From Syntrophomonadaceae bacterium (lineage in GTDB: Bacteria > Bacillota > Dethiobacteria > DTU022), in contig PUKR01000099.1 in NCBI GenBank assembly GCA_003552365.1, positions 1 to 51,349 of the forward strand: DNA of 51,349 nt, written 5' to 3'. Shown here in pieces: positions 17,439 to 26,996 of the stretch. The position numbers and the translations under genes are program-made. Below the pieces are notes generated by a model. It saw nothing but the letters and a program-made list of their open reading frames with translations, was not told where the DNA came from and searched no databases. Positions within the stretch are counted from its first letter, which is position 1; the number at the start of each line of letters is the position of its first letter.

Positions 17439-17936
17439 CTACACTTCTTTTCGAAGCTGATTACCCTGCATGGAAATAATTAGCTCTATTTCGCCTTTCC
17501 CCAGCCTGGTTTGAGAAGCTATTTCCGTAATACTTTTCCCCTCGTTCCAGAGGACTAAAACTTGTTCCCGGTTTATTTTTACGGCCTGGGGCCGAAGTGG
17601 CCTGACTACGCCTTTCAGTGAATCAGCCGGGGACAACAACCGGGTGTTTTCCAACTGTATCTGATCTTCACTTTCAGTATTATCTTCCCCCACCACCATT
17701 GAATTACTTGCTTTCCGTGACAATGCCGGCTTGTTTTTTGCAGCTGTCTCTATTTCCGTAAGGCGGTTTTCCATGAATTCCATTCTTTTTTTAAGAACGT
17801 TAAGACTGCCCAGCTGCCCATTAACAGCAAGTTCTTTTTGCATCAACTGTTTAAAAGCAGGAACCCCGCTGAATTGTGTCTGCCAAAACCAGCTAACTGC
17901 CACCCCTAGAAAAAAACCGAGAATTAAATAGCCCAT
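17439..17936 (-). CDS. hypothetical membrane-anchored protein with C-terminal HTH-like segment (sits in the position B. subtilis swrB occupies after sigD)
   Basis: 165-aa ORF. It has one N-terminal TM helix (YLILGFFLGVAVSWFW), a coiled-coil-like middle and C-terminal VLVLWNEGKSITEIASQTRLGKGEIELII. I recognise no family with confidence. Confidence 0.5.
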   Translation of the reverse strand: MGYLILGFFLGVAVSWFWQTQFSGVPAFKQLMQKELAVNGQLGSLNVLKKRMEFMENRLTEIETAAKNKPALSRKASNSMVVGEDNTESEDQIQLENTRLLSPADSLKGVVRPLRPQAVKINREQVLVLWNEGKSITEIASQTRLGKGEIELIISMQGNQLRKEV

Positions 17937-18000
17937 GCCGCACCACCCAGGTAAGTTTTTGTTTCTGCTCAGCCATGCTTTGTTAATTAACCCTAAAAAA

Positions 18001-18762
18001 TTACTCCTGTTCGTTTAACATTACCCGTAATCTTTCAATTGCCCGGGCATGCAGTTGAGAAATACGTGCTGCCGATACCTTCATTAATTGCGCCACTTCT
18101 TTCTTGGTCAGCTCTTCATAGTAGAACAGGGAAAGCATCAATTTTTCCCGTTCGGGCAATTTATCGATAGCTTCCGCCAGTTGCCTGACCTGGTCTTTAT
18201 CAGTAAGGATTTCTTCCGGGGTTTGTTCCGGTGAAGCGATAACCCCTTCAAGGCGCAGGCTGTCTTCCCCATCAGGTGAATGAATCACTTTTTCCAAAGA
18301 AACCACCGACATCAGGTTATAGTTCGCCCAAACCTGATCTACGGTTGACGGACTCCAGCCTAAAGTAGATGCGATCTCTTCTCTTTCCGGCTCGCGGTTC
18401 AAGGATTGCCTCAATTTTTCTTCAGCTTCATGGAGTTTACGAAACTGGCTGAAGAAAGAACGTGGTGCCGGGCTGCTCTTACGAATTTCATCAATCATGG
18501 CTCCCTTAATCCGCCAGGTAGCATAAGTTGAAAACTGCACCCCGCGTGAACTTTCATAACGCTCCCAGGCTTCAATCAAGCCGATTATTCCGCTTCCGAC
18601 CAGGTCTTCCTCATCCAGGGAAGGGGGTAAAGCAATGCTGAGCTTTCCGGCCAGCTTCCTGATTAGCGGAAGGTAATTGGTTATAACCTCTTCACTGCTT
18701 CCTTCCAGTGGCTGCTCCTGTTGTTGTTCCTGGTAAACCTTTTTTACATTACGCTCAAGCAT
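18001..18762 (-). CDS. fliA: flagellar RNA polymerase sigma factor FliA/SigD (sigma-28)
   Basis: It has sigma-70 region 2 (LIRKLAGKL...EEDLVGSGIIGLIEAWERY..., FSTYATWRIKGAMID), region 3, and region 4 (LSLFYYEELTKKEVAQLMKVSAARISQLHARAI). The ATG at 18762 is my preferred start. The ORF-track TTG at 18807 lies inside the pilZ gene. Confidence 0.88.
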   Translation of the reverse strand: MLERNVKKVYQEQQQEQPLEGSSEEVITNYLPLIRKLAGKLSIALPPSLDEEDLVGSGIIGLIEAWERYESSRGVQFSTYATWRIKGAMIDEIRKSSPAPRSFFSQFRKLHEAEEKLRQSLNREPEREEIASTLGWSPSTVDQVWANYNLMSVVSLEKVIHSPDGEDSLRLEGVIASPEQTPEEILTDKDQVRQLAEAIDKLPEREKLMLSLFYYEELTKKEVAQLMKVSAARISQLHARAIERLRVMLNEQE

Positions 18763-18781
18763 AGTCCCCCTGGAACCTCCC

Positions 18782-19546
18782 TTACTCTTTATTGCGCATT
18801 GATTCAAACAGATAGTTTATAATGCGCTCCCGAACGTTTTCGTTTATATTGATAAAGCTAACCCCGGCCCGGTATCGTTTCCACCTTCCTATGCTAATGG
18901 TCACAACCCTGACAACCTTTCCTTCCAGGAGAAAAACATGGTTCTCTTCTCCATTAAGCTTGATCTTAATTAAAAGATGATCGTTTCTTTTTAACCGCTC
19001 GGAGACAACCATTCGCAACCCGCCCCCGGACAGGTCCAGGGTAAAAGCAGCTCTTCCCGGCATTATGCTTTCCAATTCCCTGGTGCGTTCCTCCATCCAG
19101 AGTGGGTCTTCCCAAAACCCGGGAGTGCGACACGAACTAAAATATTGAGTGCTGTTTTTTATAGCCGGGTCATCCAGGCACCAATAACGCAATTCGAAGT
19201 GACAGGGAACCCGGATATGACCCCGCCGCTGGTGCCGCTCTACCGTGTAAGGTTTTTTCACCAGGTAATGCTTTTCCACGCTGTTCCGGTTAACTCCGAT
19301 CACTAAAGAATTAAACAGATAAACAGCTTCATCTTTTACCAGGCAAAACTGCCAGCTGCTGTTATGAGGCATGGGTAGTTCTTTACCGCCGGAAACCGGT
19401 TCACATATGGTTATAATCTCCTTACCCGTTTCCCTGATATGGCAGGTATAATATTCTTGATCCCGCTCGTTCAAAACCTGGAGCCGATCACCAACTGTTA
19501 AACTTTTATTCATTTCAGCCGCTTTTCTTCTTCCGAACAGCTTCAT
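18782..19546 (-). CDS. PilZ-domain c-di-GMP-binding protein (YcgR-like flagellar brake candidate)
   Basis: 254-aa ORF. It has a YcgR-N-like N-terminal half and a PilZ signature, RRGHIR (RxxxR) plus DLSGGG (DxSxxG). The start ATG overlaps the flhG stop (ATGA). Confidence 0.82.
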   Translation of the reverse strand: MKLFGRRKAAEMNKSLTVGDRLQVLNERDQEYYTCHIRETGKEIITICEPVSGGKELPMPHNSSWQFCLVKDEAVYLFNSLVIGVNRNSVEKHYLVKKPYTVERHQRRGHIRVPCHFELRYWCLDDPAIKNSTQYFSSCRTPGFWEDPLWMEERTRELESIMPGRAAFTLDLSGGGLRMVVSERLKRNDHLLIKIKLNGEENHVFLLEGKVVRVVTISIGRWKRYRAGVSFININENVRERIINYLFESMRNKE

Positions 19547-20430
19547 CGCACACCCCTTAACCTGTTTATAAAGGCTGCTAAGCCGCGTTTAGGCCTCTCC
19601 TTGGCCTCCCCATTGGCAATACGCCAGGCAATCCTGTTCACCGCTGTCGAGGCCATGCTTTGCGGGCGGCTTACCACAAAGGGAGAAAAGTTGTGCACTG
19701 CCCTGCTCACCGCCGGATCATACCGGACTTCCCCCAGGTAAGTTAGTTCCATGGCAGGTAAATATTGCTGCGTAACCCGATTCAAGCCTTTGAATACTTT
19801 TTGACCATGTTCAAGGCTATGGGTCAGGTTAACAACAATCCGCCCTTCTTTTTTCTGACCTCTCTCCGCTACAATTTTGAGCAGGCTATATGCATCGGTC
19901 ATGGCCGTCGGTTCCGGTGTGGTGATCAGGATAAACTCATCCGCAGCCTCGACAAAGCTAATTACATTTCTGGTAATCCCCGCTGCGGTATCAATTAAAA
20001 TATAGTCGGCCTCATTTTCCAGCTCGACCACCTGTTCCAGTAAATTTTGCCTTTTAGCCTGATCAAGGTTGGCCAGTTCATATAACCCGGATCCCCCGGG
20101 AATAATTTTTAAATTAAGGGGGCCTTCCATGATAATTTCCGACAAGCTTTTAGCGCCGTCAATCACATCACCAATGTTGTAGCGGGGCAGGGAATTAAAC
20201 ATCACGTCGATGTTGGCCAGGCCTAGATCAGCGTCAAGAATGATCACCCGGTAGCCGATCCTGGATAGGGCAAGGCCTAAGTTAACAACCAGGCTGGTTT
20301 TACCCACCCCACCTTTTCCGCTGGTAATTGCATATACTTTCGCCTGGCCGGCAATCGAGCTCGCTCCGCCAGAATTTTGAAGGCTTTTATTTTGAACCGC
20401 CGTCCTTAATTGTTCAGCCTGGTCTTTCAT
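19543..20430 (-). CDS. flhG: MinD/ParA-type flagellar number regulator FlhG (YlxH)
   Basis: It has the deviant Walker A SGKGGVGKTS and ILDADLGLAN. I set the start at ATG 20428-20430, downstream of SD GGAGGG. The ORF-track TTG at 20448 lies inside the SD. Confidence 0.9.
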   Translation of the reverse strand: MKDQAEQLRTAVQNKSLQNSGGASSIAGQAKVYAITSGKGGVGKTSLVVNLGLALSRIGYRVIILDADLGLANIDVMFNSLPRYNIGDVIDGAKSLSEIIMEGPLNLKIIPGGSGLYELANLDQAKRQNLLEQVVELENEADYILIDTAAGITRNVISFVEAADEFILITTPEPTAMTDAYSLLKIVAERGQKKEGRIVVNLTHSLEHGQKVFKGLNRVTQQYLPAMELTYLGEVRYDPAVSRAVHNFSPFVVSRPQSMASTAVNRIAWRIANGEAKERPKRGLAAFINRLRGVR

Positions 20431-20432
20431 CG

Positions 20433-21548
20433 CTAACCCGCCCTCCAAAGCATACCAGCCACGTCAATTTCAGCTGCCTGCTTCAAATCTTCAGGGACTC
20501 TCTGCCCGTCAGTTAAATATGCCAGGGGCACCTTGGTGTAATAAGGACTGTTTAAAAGTGCCCCGTAAGAATTGGTTTCATCAAGCTTGGTGAGAACCAG
20601 GCGGTTATAATTAAGCCTGGCAAATTTTTCTGTAATATAACTGATATCCTGCCGCCGGGTTGTTGCACTGATTACCAGGTAAATATCGGCAGGTTTCAGC
20701 ATATCAATATAAGCAGCTAAATCCTCCAGCTGTTCATTATTACCCGTGGCACGCCCGGCAGTATCCACCAGGATCCTGTCACAGCCTTCCAGCCGCATCA
20801 TTACCTTAAACAGATCCTGTGGGTTCATTACCACTTCAAGCGGCAGGTCCATTATTTCCGAGTAAGCCCGCAGCTGGTCTACCGCACCGATGCGGTAATG
20901 GTCGATGGTAACCAGCCCCACTTTTTCTTGTTCGGATATAGAATAACGTGCCGCCACCTTGGCCAGGGTAGTGGTTTTACCCACTCCGGTAGGGCCGACA
21001 AATACCTGGGTCCGGTTGCTGGATCCATTAATACTACTTATTTTAGCGGAAGCTTTTTCCTTCAGGATCTCCGCCATTTGAGCATGGCTAATCCGGCCGG
21101 GCCTGGCTGCCTCTTCTTCTGCTTCGCTAAAAATTTCTTCCATCAAATTAGGATCAAGGTCATGGTGCTCGAGGTAATTTCTCCAGTAAGCGGAGCTCTT
21201 TTTCTTGGTTACCACCCCGGACCCCGCCTTTTCATCCTGCCCGGAACCTAATGCTACCGTTGATATTTCTGTTATTTTCTCCTTCAGTTCCTTAAGTTCC
21301 TCAGCCATGGAAGATATCTCCTGATCTTTTTCAGCGACCTTTTTAAGCATATTATCGTTTACAGGAGGTTGTTTCCTCGTCGGATCTACCGCTGCAATAA
21401 TTTCAACCTGCCTGGGGGTGAAAAAACCAAGCAGCCCCTTGCGCCGAACCGGACGGCTGTGAAGGATTACCGCTTCCATCCCTAAATCTTTTTTTACTCG
21501 CATCATCCCTTCCTTCATGTCCTCGGCCACATACTTTTTAATCTTCAT
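20433..21548 (-). CDS. flhF: flagellar biosynthesis SRP-type GTPase FlhF
   Basis: 371-aa ORF. It has the G1 motif GPTGVGKTTT, then DTAGR and TKLDE. Confidence 0.92.
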   Translation of the reverse strand: MKIKKYVAEDMKEGMMRVKKDLGMEAVILHSRPVRRKGLLGFFTPRQVEIIAAVDPTRKQPPVNDNMLKKVAEKDQEISSMAEELKELKEKITEISTVALGSGQDEKAGSGVVTKKKSSAYWRNYLEHHDLDPNLMEEIFSEAEEEAARPGRISHAQMAEILKEKASAKISSINGSSNRTQVFVGPTGVGKTTTLAKVAARYSISEQEKVGLVTIDHYRIGAVDQLRAYSEIMDLPLEVVMNPQDLFKVMMRLEGCDRILVDTAGRATGNNEQLEDLAAYIDMLKPADIYLVISATTRRQDISYITEKFARLNYNRLVLTKLDETNSYGALLNSPYYTKVPLAYLTDGQRVPEDLKQAAEIDVAGMLWRAG

Positions 21549-23637
21549 TTTCTTTAATCACCCCCACCGCTTCCACTTTAACTTCCGGCAGCACTTCATT
21601 GATCGAAAGCACCGGTAAATTCAGGTGAAACCTTTCCAGAAGACGCTTCAAAGGCAGCCTAACTGTTGGTGAAGTTAACAACACCGGCGAAATTCCTTTT
21701 TTGTATAAATTATCAGTTACCTTGCTAATCCCATCCACCAGGTTTTGGGTCACCTCGGGATCCATCACCGGAAAACTGCCCTGCTTGGTGTACTGAATGG
21801 ATTCAGAAATTTTCTTTTCCAGCTTCGGATCTATAGTTACAACCTGCATCCGGTTATCTTCGTTAACATGCTGCGCAGTTATGGTCCGCCGGAGGGCCTG
21901 CCTGACCGACTCCGTTAAAGAATCAATATCTTTGGTGGTCCGTCCCTGGTCGGCTAATTCTTCCAAAATGGTAACCATATCATGCAGGGGAACCCTTTCT
22001 TTAAGCAAGTTCTGTAAAACTTTCTGCACTTCGCCGAGGGACATGATCTCCGGGGTCAGTTCTTCTACCACGGCCTGGTTGGTTTCCTTTAAAGCCTGCA
22101 GCATTTCTTTAACTGCCTGGCGATCCAGGATCTCGTGGGCATTGGCTTTAATAACCTCGCTCAAATGTGTAATCAGCACGGTTGAAGCGTCGACAACAGT
22201 ACAACCCAGCGCTTCCGCACCGGCCCTCTTTTCTTCAGAAATCCATACCGCCGGCAAATTAAAAGTTGGTTCGGTAGTTTCAATACCCTCAACTCCCGCC
22301 GGCAACTCACCTTCCGGGTTTAAAGCAAGATAGAGACCGGGACGGATTTGACCACGGGCTATTTCATTACCCTTTAATTTGAAACGGTATTCAAACGATC
22401 CAAGCTGCAGGTTGTCGCGCATGCGGATCGGTTGAATAATGATTCCCAGTTCATTGACAGCCCTTTTACGGGCAGCTGTGATTCGATCCAGTAAATTACC
22501 ACCCCTGGATTCATCGGTTAACTCTACCAGGTTGTAACCAATTTCGATTTCCAGCAGCTCTACCCGGAGTAGAGAGCTGAAATCATCCTGTTCGGGAGCC
22601 TTATCGGCTGTTTCCTGCTCCGCAACCGCCTGGGCCTTTTCTTCAACCTGCTTCCTTTCCCTAAAGAGTATAAAAGACAGGGTTCCGCCTGCAGCAGCAA
22701 GCAGGAAAAAGGGTAAAGGCGGCATACCGGGAACAACCCCCAGGAAAAAGAGCAATACAGCTGCCAGGAAAATCACCTTTGGAAAGGCAACCAGTTGAGC
22801 GCTCATTTCTTCACCAAAGGAGGCTTCTGCAGTAGAGCGGGTCACCAGCATTCCTGCTGAAGTTGAAATCAATAAAGCTGGAATTTGGGCCACCAACCCG
22901 TCACCAACAGTAAGGATTGTAAAAACCGAAGCTGCTTCATCCAGCGACATGCCCAGTTGAAGCGCCCCAATGCCGAGGCCGCCCAGGATATTGATTAAAA
23001 CAATAACTATTCCGGCAATGGCATCGCCGCGGACAAACTTGCTGGCACCGTCCATCGAACCATAAAAATCTGCTTCTTTTTGCATTTCTTTGCGTTTGTT
23101 CCTTGCCGTTTCCTCATCAATCAAACCGGCATTGAAATCAGCATCAATACTCATTTGTTTACCGGGCAGGGCATCGAGAGTGAAACGAGCAGCCACTTCA
23201 GCCACTCTTCCCGCACCATTGGTAATAACCACAAACTGCACTACTGTGATAATGACGAAAACGACCATACCCACCACGTAATTCTCACTAACCACAAAAT
23301 CGCCGAAAGCCTGGATTACCGAGCCGGCATGGGCCTCGGAAAGGATCAGGCGGGTTGAAGAAATATTTAAAGCCAGGCGAAACAAAGTCGCTGTTAAAAG
23401 CACCGACGGAAAAATATTTAGCTCCCGGGTATCACTGGCAAATAAAGTTACCAGCAAGACCACCAGGGCAAAGGCTATATTCAAGGTCAAAAGAAGATCG
23501 AGCAGCCAGGGAGTCACCGGGATGATAATAATAATTACCATGCCGATAAAGGCTACCGCAGCCATAATATCGGTATTGCTTCGCAGCAGTTTACCTATAG
23601 AATCAAGATTAATTTTGTTCTGGTTCGTAATCGCCAT
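21538..23637 (-). CDS. flhA: flagellar export apparatus protein FlhA
   Basis: 699-aa ORF. It has the N-terminal TM region with the FHIPEP signature (RVAEVAARFTLDALPGKQMSIDAD) and a large cytoplasmic C-terminal domain. Confidence 0.97.
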   Translation of the reverse strand: MAITNQNKINLDSIGKLLRSNTDIMAAVAFIGMVIIIIIPVTPWLLDLLLTLNIAFALVVLLVTLFASDTRELNIFPSVLLTATLFRLALNISSTRLILSEAHAGSVIQAFGDFVVSENYVVGMVVFVIITVVQFVVITNGAGRVAEVAARFTLDALPGKQMSIDADFNAGLIDEETARNKRKEMQKEADFYGSMDGASKFVRGDAIAGIVIVLINILGGLGIGALQLGMSLDEAASVFTILTVGDGLVAQIPALLISTSAGMLVTRSTAEASFGEEMSAQLVAFPKVIFLAAVLLFFLGVVPGMPPLPFFLLAAAGGTLSFILFRERKQVEEKAQAVAEQETADKAPEQDDFSSLLRVELLEIEIGYNLVELTDESRGGNLLDRITAARKRAVNELGIIIQPIRMRDNLQLGSFEYRFKLKGNEIARGQIRPGLYLALNPEGELPAGVEGIETTEPTFNLPAVWISEEKRAGAEALGCTVVDASTVLITHLSEVIKANAHEILDRQAVKEMLQALKETNQAVVEELTPEIMSLGEVQKVLQNLLKERVPLHDMVTILEELADQGRTTKDIDSLTESVRQALRRTITAQHVNEDNRMQVVTIDPKLEKKISESIQYTKQGSFPVMDPEVTQNLVDGISKVTDNLYKKGISPVLLTSPTVRLPLKRLLERFHLNLPVLSINEVLPEVKVEAVGVIKENED

Positions 23638-23656
23638 CTGCTACCATGCCTTTCAA

Positions 23657-24736
23657 CTAGATGTGACTTCTTTTTTCTTGCATGCGGTACACCAGGGCCA
23701 TGATTTCGGCCACCGCCTGGTATAGCTCCATCGGTATCTCTTCGCCAATTTCAGTTTTTTGCCAGAGAACCCTGGCAACCGGAGGGTTTTCAACAACAGG
23801 CACCTCATTTTCTCCGGCAATTTCCCTGATTTTTTGGGCCAAAACTTCCACACCCTTGGCCACCACCCTTGGAGCCCGGTCCTCCCCTTCCCGGTAAACC
23901 AAAGCAACTGCTATTTCGGTAGGGTTGGTAATAACCACATCTGCGGAAGGAACATCCTGCATCATCCTCTCGCGGGCAACCTGCCTCTGCTTTTCTTTCA
24001 GTTTTGAGCGAACCAGGGGATCTCCTTCCAGTTGTTTATGTTCATCCTTTATTTCTTTTCGGCTCATTTTTAGACCGGTTTTGTGTTCATAACGCTGGTA
24101 AAGATAGTCCATAAAAGCAATGAATAGAAATACTATACCAACGATAATGCCGAGCATTATAATCGTATTCCAGAACACTTCCAGGCTAACGGCCGCTGTT
24201 TGATTTACCAGGCGCATCAGTTCGTCCAAACGGCTGCGCACAAACAGGTATGCAACCGAACTGATAATCAATATTTTCAAGATCGCCTTAACCATTTCAA
24301 ACAAGGCTTTTTTAGAGGCGATCTTTTTTAACCCCTCCAGCGGATTAAGCCTTTTCAGCTGGGGAGCCATCTGCTGGGTCGAGGTCAAAAACCCAACCTG
24401 CACCAGGTTTGAAGTAATCCCCAGGATAACCGCAACCGCAAACACAGGGGCCATTATGGTGAAATAACGGGTAATGGCATCCCAGAGCACCGTATGGGCA
24501 TTGCTCATCGTTAAAGGATAAGCCAGCATGTCGTGCGCAAACAGGTTAAAAGCTTCTTCAATCCCGCCAAGGGCAAGGGTGCCAAAAACTATAAACAAAA
24601 GCATTACCCCCAGAATGTTAATAGCAGAGTTTAATTCCATGCTTTTGAAAACCTGTCCCTTGCGCCGGGCTTCTCTTAATCGATGAGGCGTGGGCTCTTC
24701 TGTTTTATCCCCGGTGTCCTGGAAGAAAAAGAACAA
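23657..24736 (-). CDS. flhB: flagellar export apparatus switch protein FlhB
   Basis: 359-aa ORF with a TTG start. It has KTEEPTPHRLREARRKGQV, four TM segments and the autocleavage site NPTEIAVAL (NPTH-type). Confidence 0.95.
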   Translation of the reverse strand: MFFFFQDTGDKTEEPTPHRLREARRKGQVFKSMELNSAINILGVMLLFIVFGTLALGGIEEAFNLFAHDMLAYPLTMSNAHTVLWDAITRYFTIMAPVFAVAVILGITSNLVQVGFLTSTQQMAPQLKRLNPLEGLKKIASKKALFEMVKAILKILIISSVAYLFVRSRLDELMRLVNQTAAVSLEVFWNTIIMLGIIVGIVFLFIAFMDYLYQRYEHKTGLKMSRKEIKDEHKQLEGDPLVRSKLKEKQRQVARERMMQDVPSADVVITNPTEIAVALVYREGEDRAPRVVAKGVEVLAQKIREIAGENEVPVVENPPVARVLWQKTEIGEEIPMELYQAVAEIMALVYRMQEKRSHI

Positions 24737-24740
24737 GTCT

Positions 24741-25520
24741 TCACCACCCCTGCATAAACTGGTTTAAGTATAAAACAAAGCGGTCTGTCAAACCTTCCCA
24801 TACTACACCGAATACCGGCACCAGCATGGCAAAAAGCAGCATCGACAAGGCTATTTTCAATGGCAGCCCCAGGATAAAAACATGAACCTGGGGAACTGTT
24901 TTGGCAATCAAGCCCAGGGAGATATCCACCACCATCAAAATAATTATAATCGGTGCCACCAGCTGAAAAGACAAAGCAAACATATCGGCGAAAAGCCTGA
25001 TCAAACCGCCGGCCTGGGCCTGTCCCATCAGCGGTGCTTCAATAGGAATTAACACGTAACTTTCGGCCAGCGACCTTATAAAATAATGGTGTCCATTTAA
25101 AGTCAGGAAAAAAACCAGGGCTAACAGGTAATAAAATTGCCCCATAAAAGTTACCCTGCTGCCAAACTGCGGCTCAAAAACACCCGACAGCATAAGCCCA
25201 GATTTCAAGTCAACCATCTGGCCGGCATTCAAAAAAACCTGGAACATCATATTAACCAAGTAACCCAAAGCCAATCCAACAAGGACCTCCTTGCCGATTA
25301 ATAAAACCATCTCCAGGGGCCCCCGAAAATCAAGTTCCGGTTGGGCCTCCAGGGAAAGAAAGATAAGCAGGGCAACTACCAGCGAAAGCCAGAGGCGTAA
25401 GGTAAAAGGAATGCCCTGGTAACTAAAAAAAGGAAACAGGAATACAATTCCCATCATCCGGGCCCAGACAAAAAAGTAAACAACCCAATCCTGTAAATCA
25501 AGGGGAAATAGTGTTTCCAA
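24741..25520 (-). CDS. fliR: flagellar export apparatus protein FliR
   Basis: 259-aa polytopic membrane protein sitting between fliQ and flhB, with a FliR-like hydrophobic pattern. Confidence 0.9.
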   Translation of the reverse strand: METLFPLDLQDWVVYFFVWARMMGIVFLFPFFSYQGIPFTLRLWLSLVVALLIFLSLEAQPELDFRGPLEMVLLIGKEVLVGLALGYLVNMMFQVFLNAGQMVDLKSGLMLSGVFEPQFGSRVTFMGQFYYLLALVFFLTLNGHHYFIRSLAESYVLIPIEAPLMGQAQAGGLIRLFADMFALSFQLVAPIIIILMVVDISLGLIAKTVPQVHVFILGLPLKIALSMLLFAMLVPVFGVVWEGLTDRFVLYLNQFMQGW

Positions 25521-25547
25521 GTTCTCGCCCCCATCTAAGGCCCTCCA

Positions 25548-25814
25548 TCAAAGCATCGTCAACCCTTCACTCCAGAGCTGGATCGTAAACCGGACCACAT
25601 TACTGAACACCCATCCACCAAAAATCATTACTGCCAGCAGCACCGCAACTATCTTAGGCACAAAAGCCAGGGTTGGTTCCTGGATCTGGGTGGTAGCCTG
25701 GAGAATGCTGACTGTTAACCCCACAGCCAAACCTGATCCGATAATCGGAGCCACCATCAGTAAAATAACTATTACTCCTTGCTGTACTATATTAAGCAGG
25801 CCATCGGGCGTCAT
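25548..25814 (-). CDS. fliQ: flagellar export apparatus protein FliQ
   Basis: 88 aa with two TM segments. It has the typical FliQ core SILQATTQIQEPTLAFVPK. Confidence 0.92.
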   Translation of the reverse strand: MTPDGLLNIVQQGVIVILLMVAPIIGSGLAVGLTVSILQATTQIQEPTLAFVPKIVAVLLAVMIFGGWVFSNVVRFTIQLWSEGLTML

Positions 25815-25828
25815 CAGTTAAAACCCCT

Positions 25829-26626
25829 TTAATTAAAACTCTCCAATAGTGAACTAACCACCAGGTGCCACCCGTCAACCAGGATAAACAACAACAACTT
25901 AAACGGCATCGAAACGATCACCGGTGGGAGCATAAACATCCCCATTGACATTAGGGTGCTGGCCACAACCATATCAATGATCAAAAAAGGCACAAAAAGC
26001 ATAAAGCCCATCTGGAAAGCAGTTTTCAACTCGCTGATAATAAATGCAGGCACCAATACGTGCAAGGGCACGTCTTCTTCAGTCTCGGGATCTTCAATTT
26101 CCGCTATGTTGACAAAGAGCGCCAGGTCTCTTTCCCTGGTATGGTAATACATAAATTCTTTAAGCGGTTCCGCGCCAACTTCAAGGGCTGTTTCCTGATC
26201 AATATCACCGTCCAGGTAAGGTTCGACCGCTGTATCATTAACTTCAGCCAGGACCGGCTGCATTACAAAAAAGGTGAGAAACAGGGCCAATCCAATTAAA
26301 ACCTGGTTAGGTGGTATTTGCTGGGTGGCCATCGCATTCCTGGTAAAGGAAAGCACCACCACGATCCTGGTAAAAGAGGTCATCAGGATAACAAAAGCAG
26401 GAGCCAGGGTTAAAAGAGCCATGATCAACAACAGCTGTAAAAACCCGACCAGGCTTTCCGGGTCTTCTTCCCCTTCTCCACCGATCTGCAGGTCTATTTG
26501 CGGGACCTGAACCGGTTGAGCACAAACATCCACCGGCAAAAGAAAGATAATAATTAATGAAAGCAAAAAACTAAAGATTAGGCCCTTTTTTAAGTTAAAA
26601 ATCATTTTATTCTCCACTGTTTTCAT
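25829..26626 (-). CDS. fliP: flagellar export apparatus protein FliP
   Basis: 265-aa ORF. It has a signal-like N-terminus and the conserved segments LAPAFVILMTSFTRIVVVLSFTRNA and ELKTAFQMGF. Confidence 0.95.
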   Translation of the reverse strand: MKTVENKMIFNLKKGLIFSFLLSLIIIFLLPVDVCAQPVQVPQIDLQIGGEGEEDPESLVGFLQLLLIMALLTLAPAFVILMTSFTRIVVVLSFTRNAMATQQIPPNQVLIGLALFLTFFVMQPVLAEVNDTAVEPYLDGDIDQETALEVGAEPLKEFMYYHTRERDLALFVNIAEIEDPETEEDVPLHVLVPAFIISELKTAFQMGFMLFVPFLIIDMVVASTLMSMGMFMLPPVIVSMPFKLLLFILVDGWHLVVSSLLESFN

Positions 26627-26633
26627 TTGTCCC

Positions 26634-26996
26634 TTATTCCCGGCTATCGTCCTTTTTAAAATTTTGCAGGATCCTGGAAAAAGAACCCCTTATATTAACT
26701 GGCTGTACAGCCAGAGAATCTTCGGCATACTGCAATTCTTTCCAGTCAAACGTCTTGAGCAGGTTTACATTATTTTGGGCGGTCCCGACGAGATAAACCT
26801 CTTTACCTACTTGAATTAGTGTCAGGGAACTGCCGCTCTTATGATCTAAGGGAACCCGCTCTAAAACTTTCATGTATCCACCATTTACTCCACGGTAAAC
26901 CGAGCGCAGGCCATAGCGGATCGCCAGGTATGCCAGGATTACAATTAAAATCAGAAACCCCATCGACTGTAAAATCAGCCCGTAATTACCCATCAT
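26634..26996 (-). CDS. fliO: flagellar biosynthesis protein FliO/FliZ
   Basis: 120-aa ORF with a single N-terminal TM helix. KVLERVPLDHKSGSSLTLIQVGKEVYLVG is typical of FliO. The start overlaps the fliN stop (TAATG). Confidence 0.75.
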   Translation of the reverse strand: MMGNYGLILQSMGFLILIVILAYLAIRYGLRSVYRGVNGGYMKVLERVPLDHKSGSSLTLIQVGKEVYLVGTAQNNVNLLKTFDWKELQYAEDSLAVQPVNIRGSFSRILQNFKKDDSRE

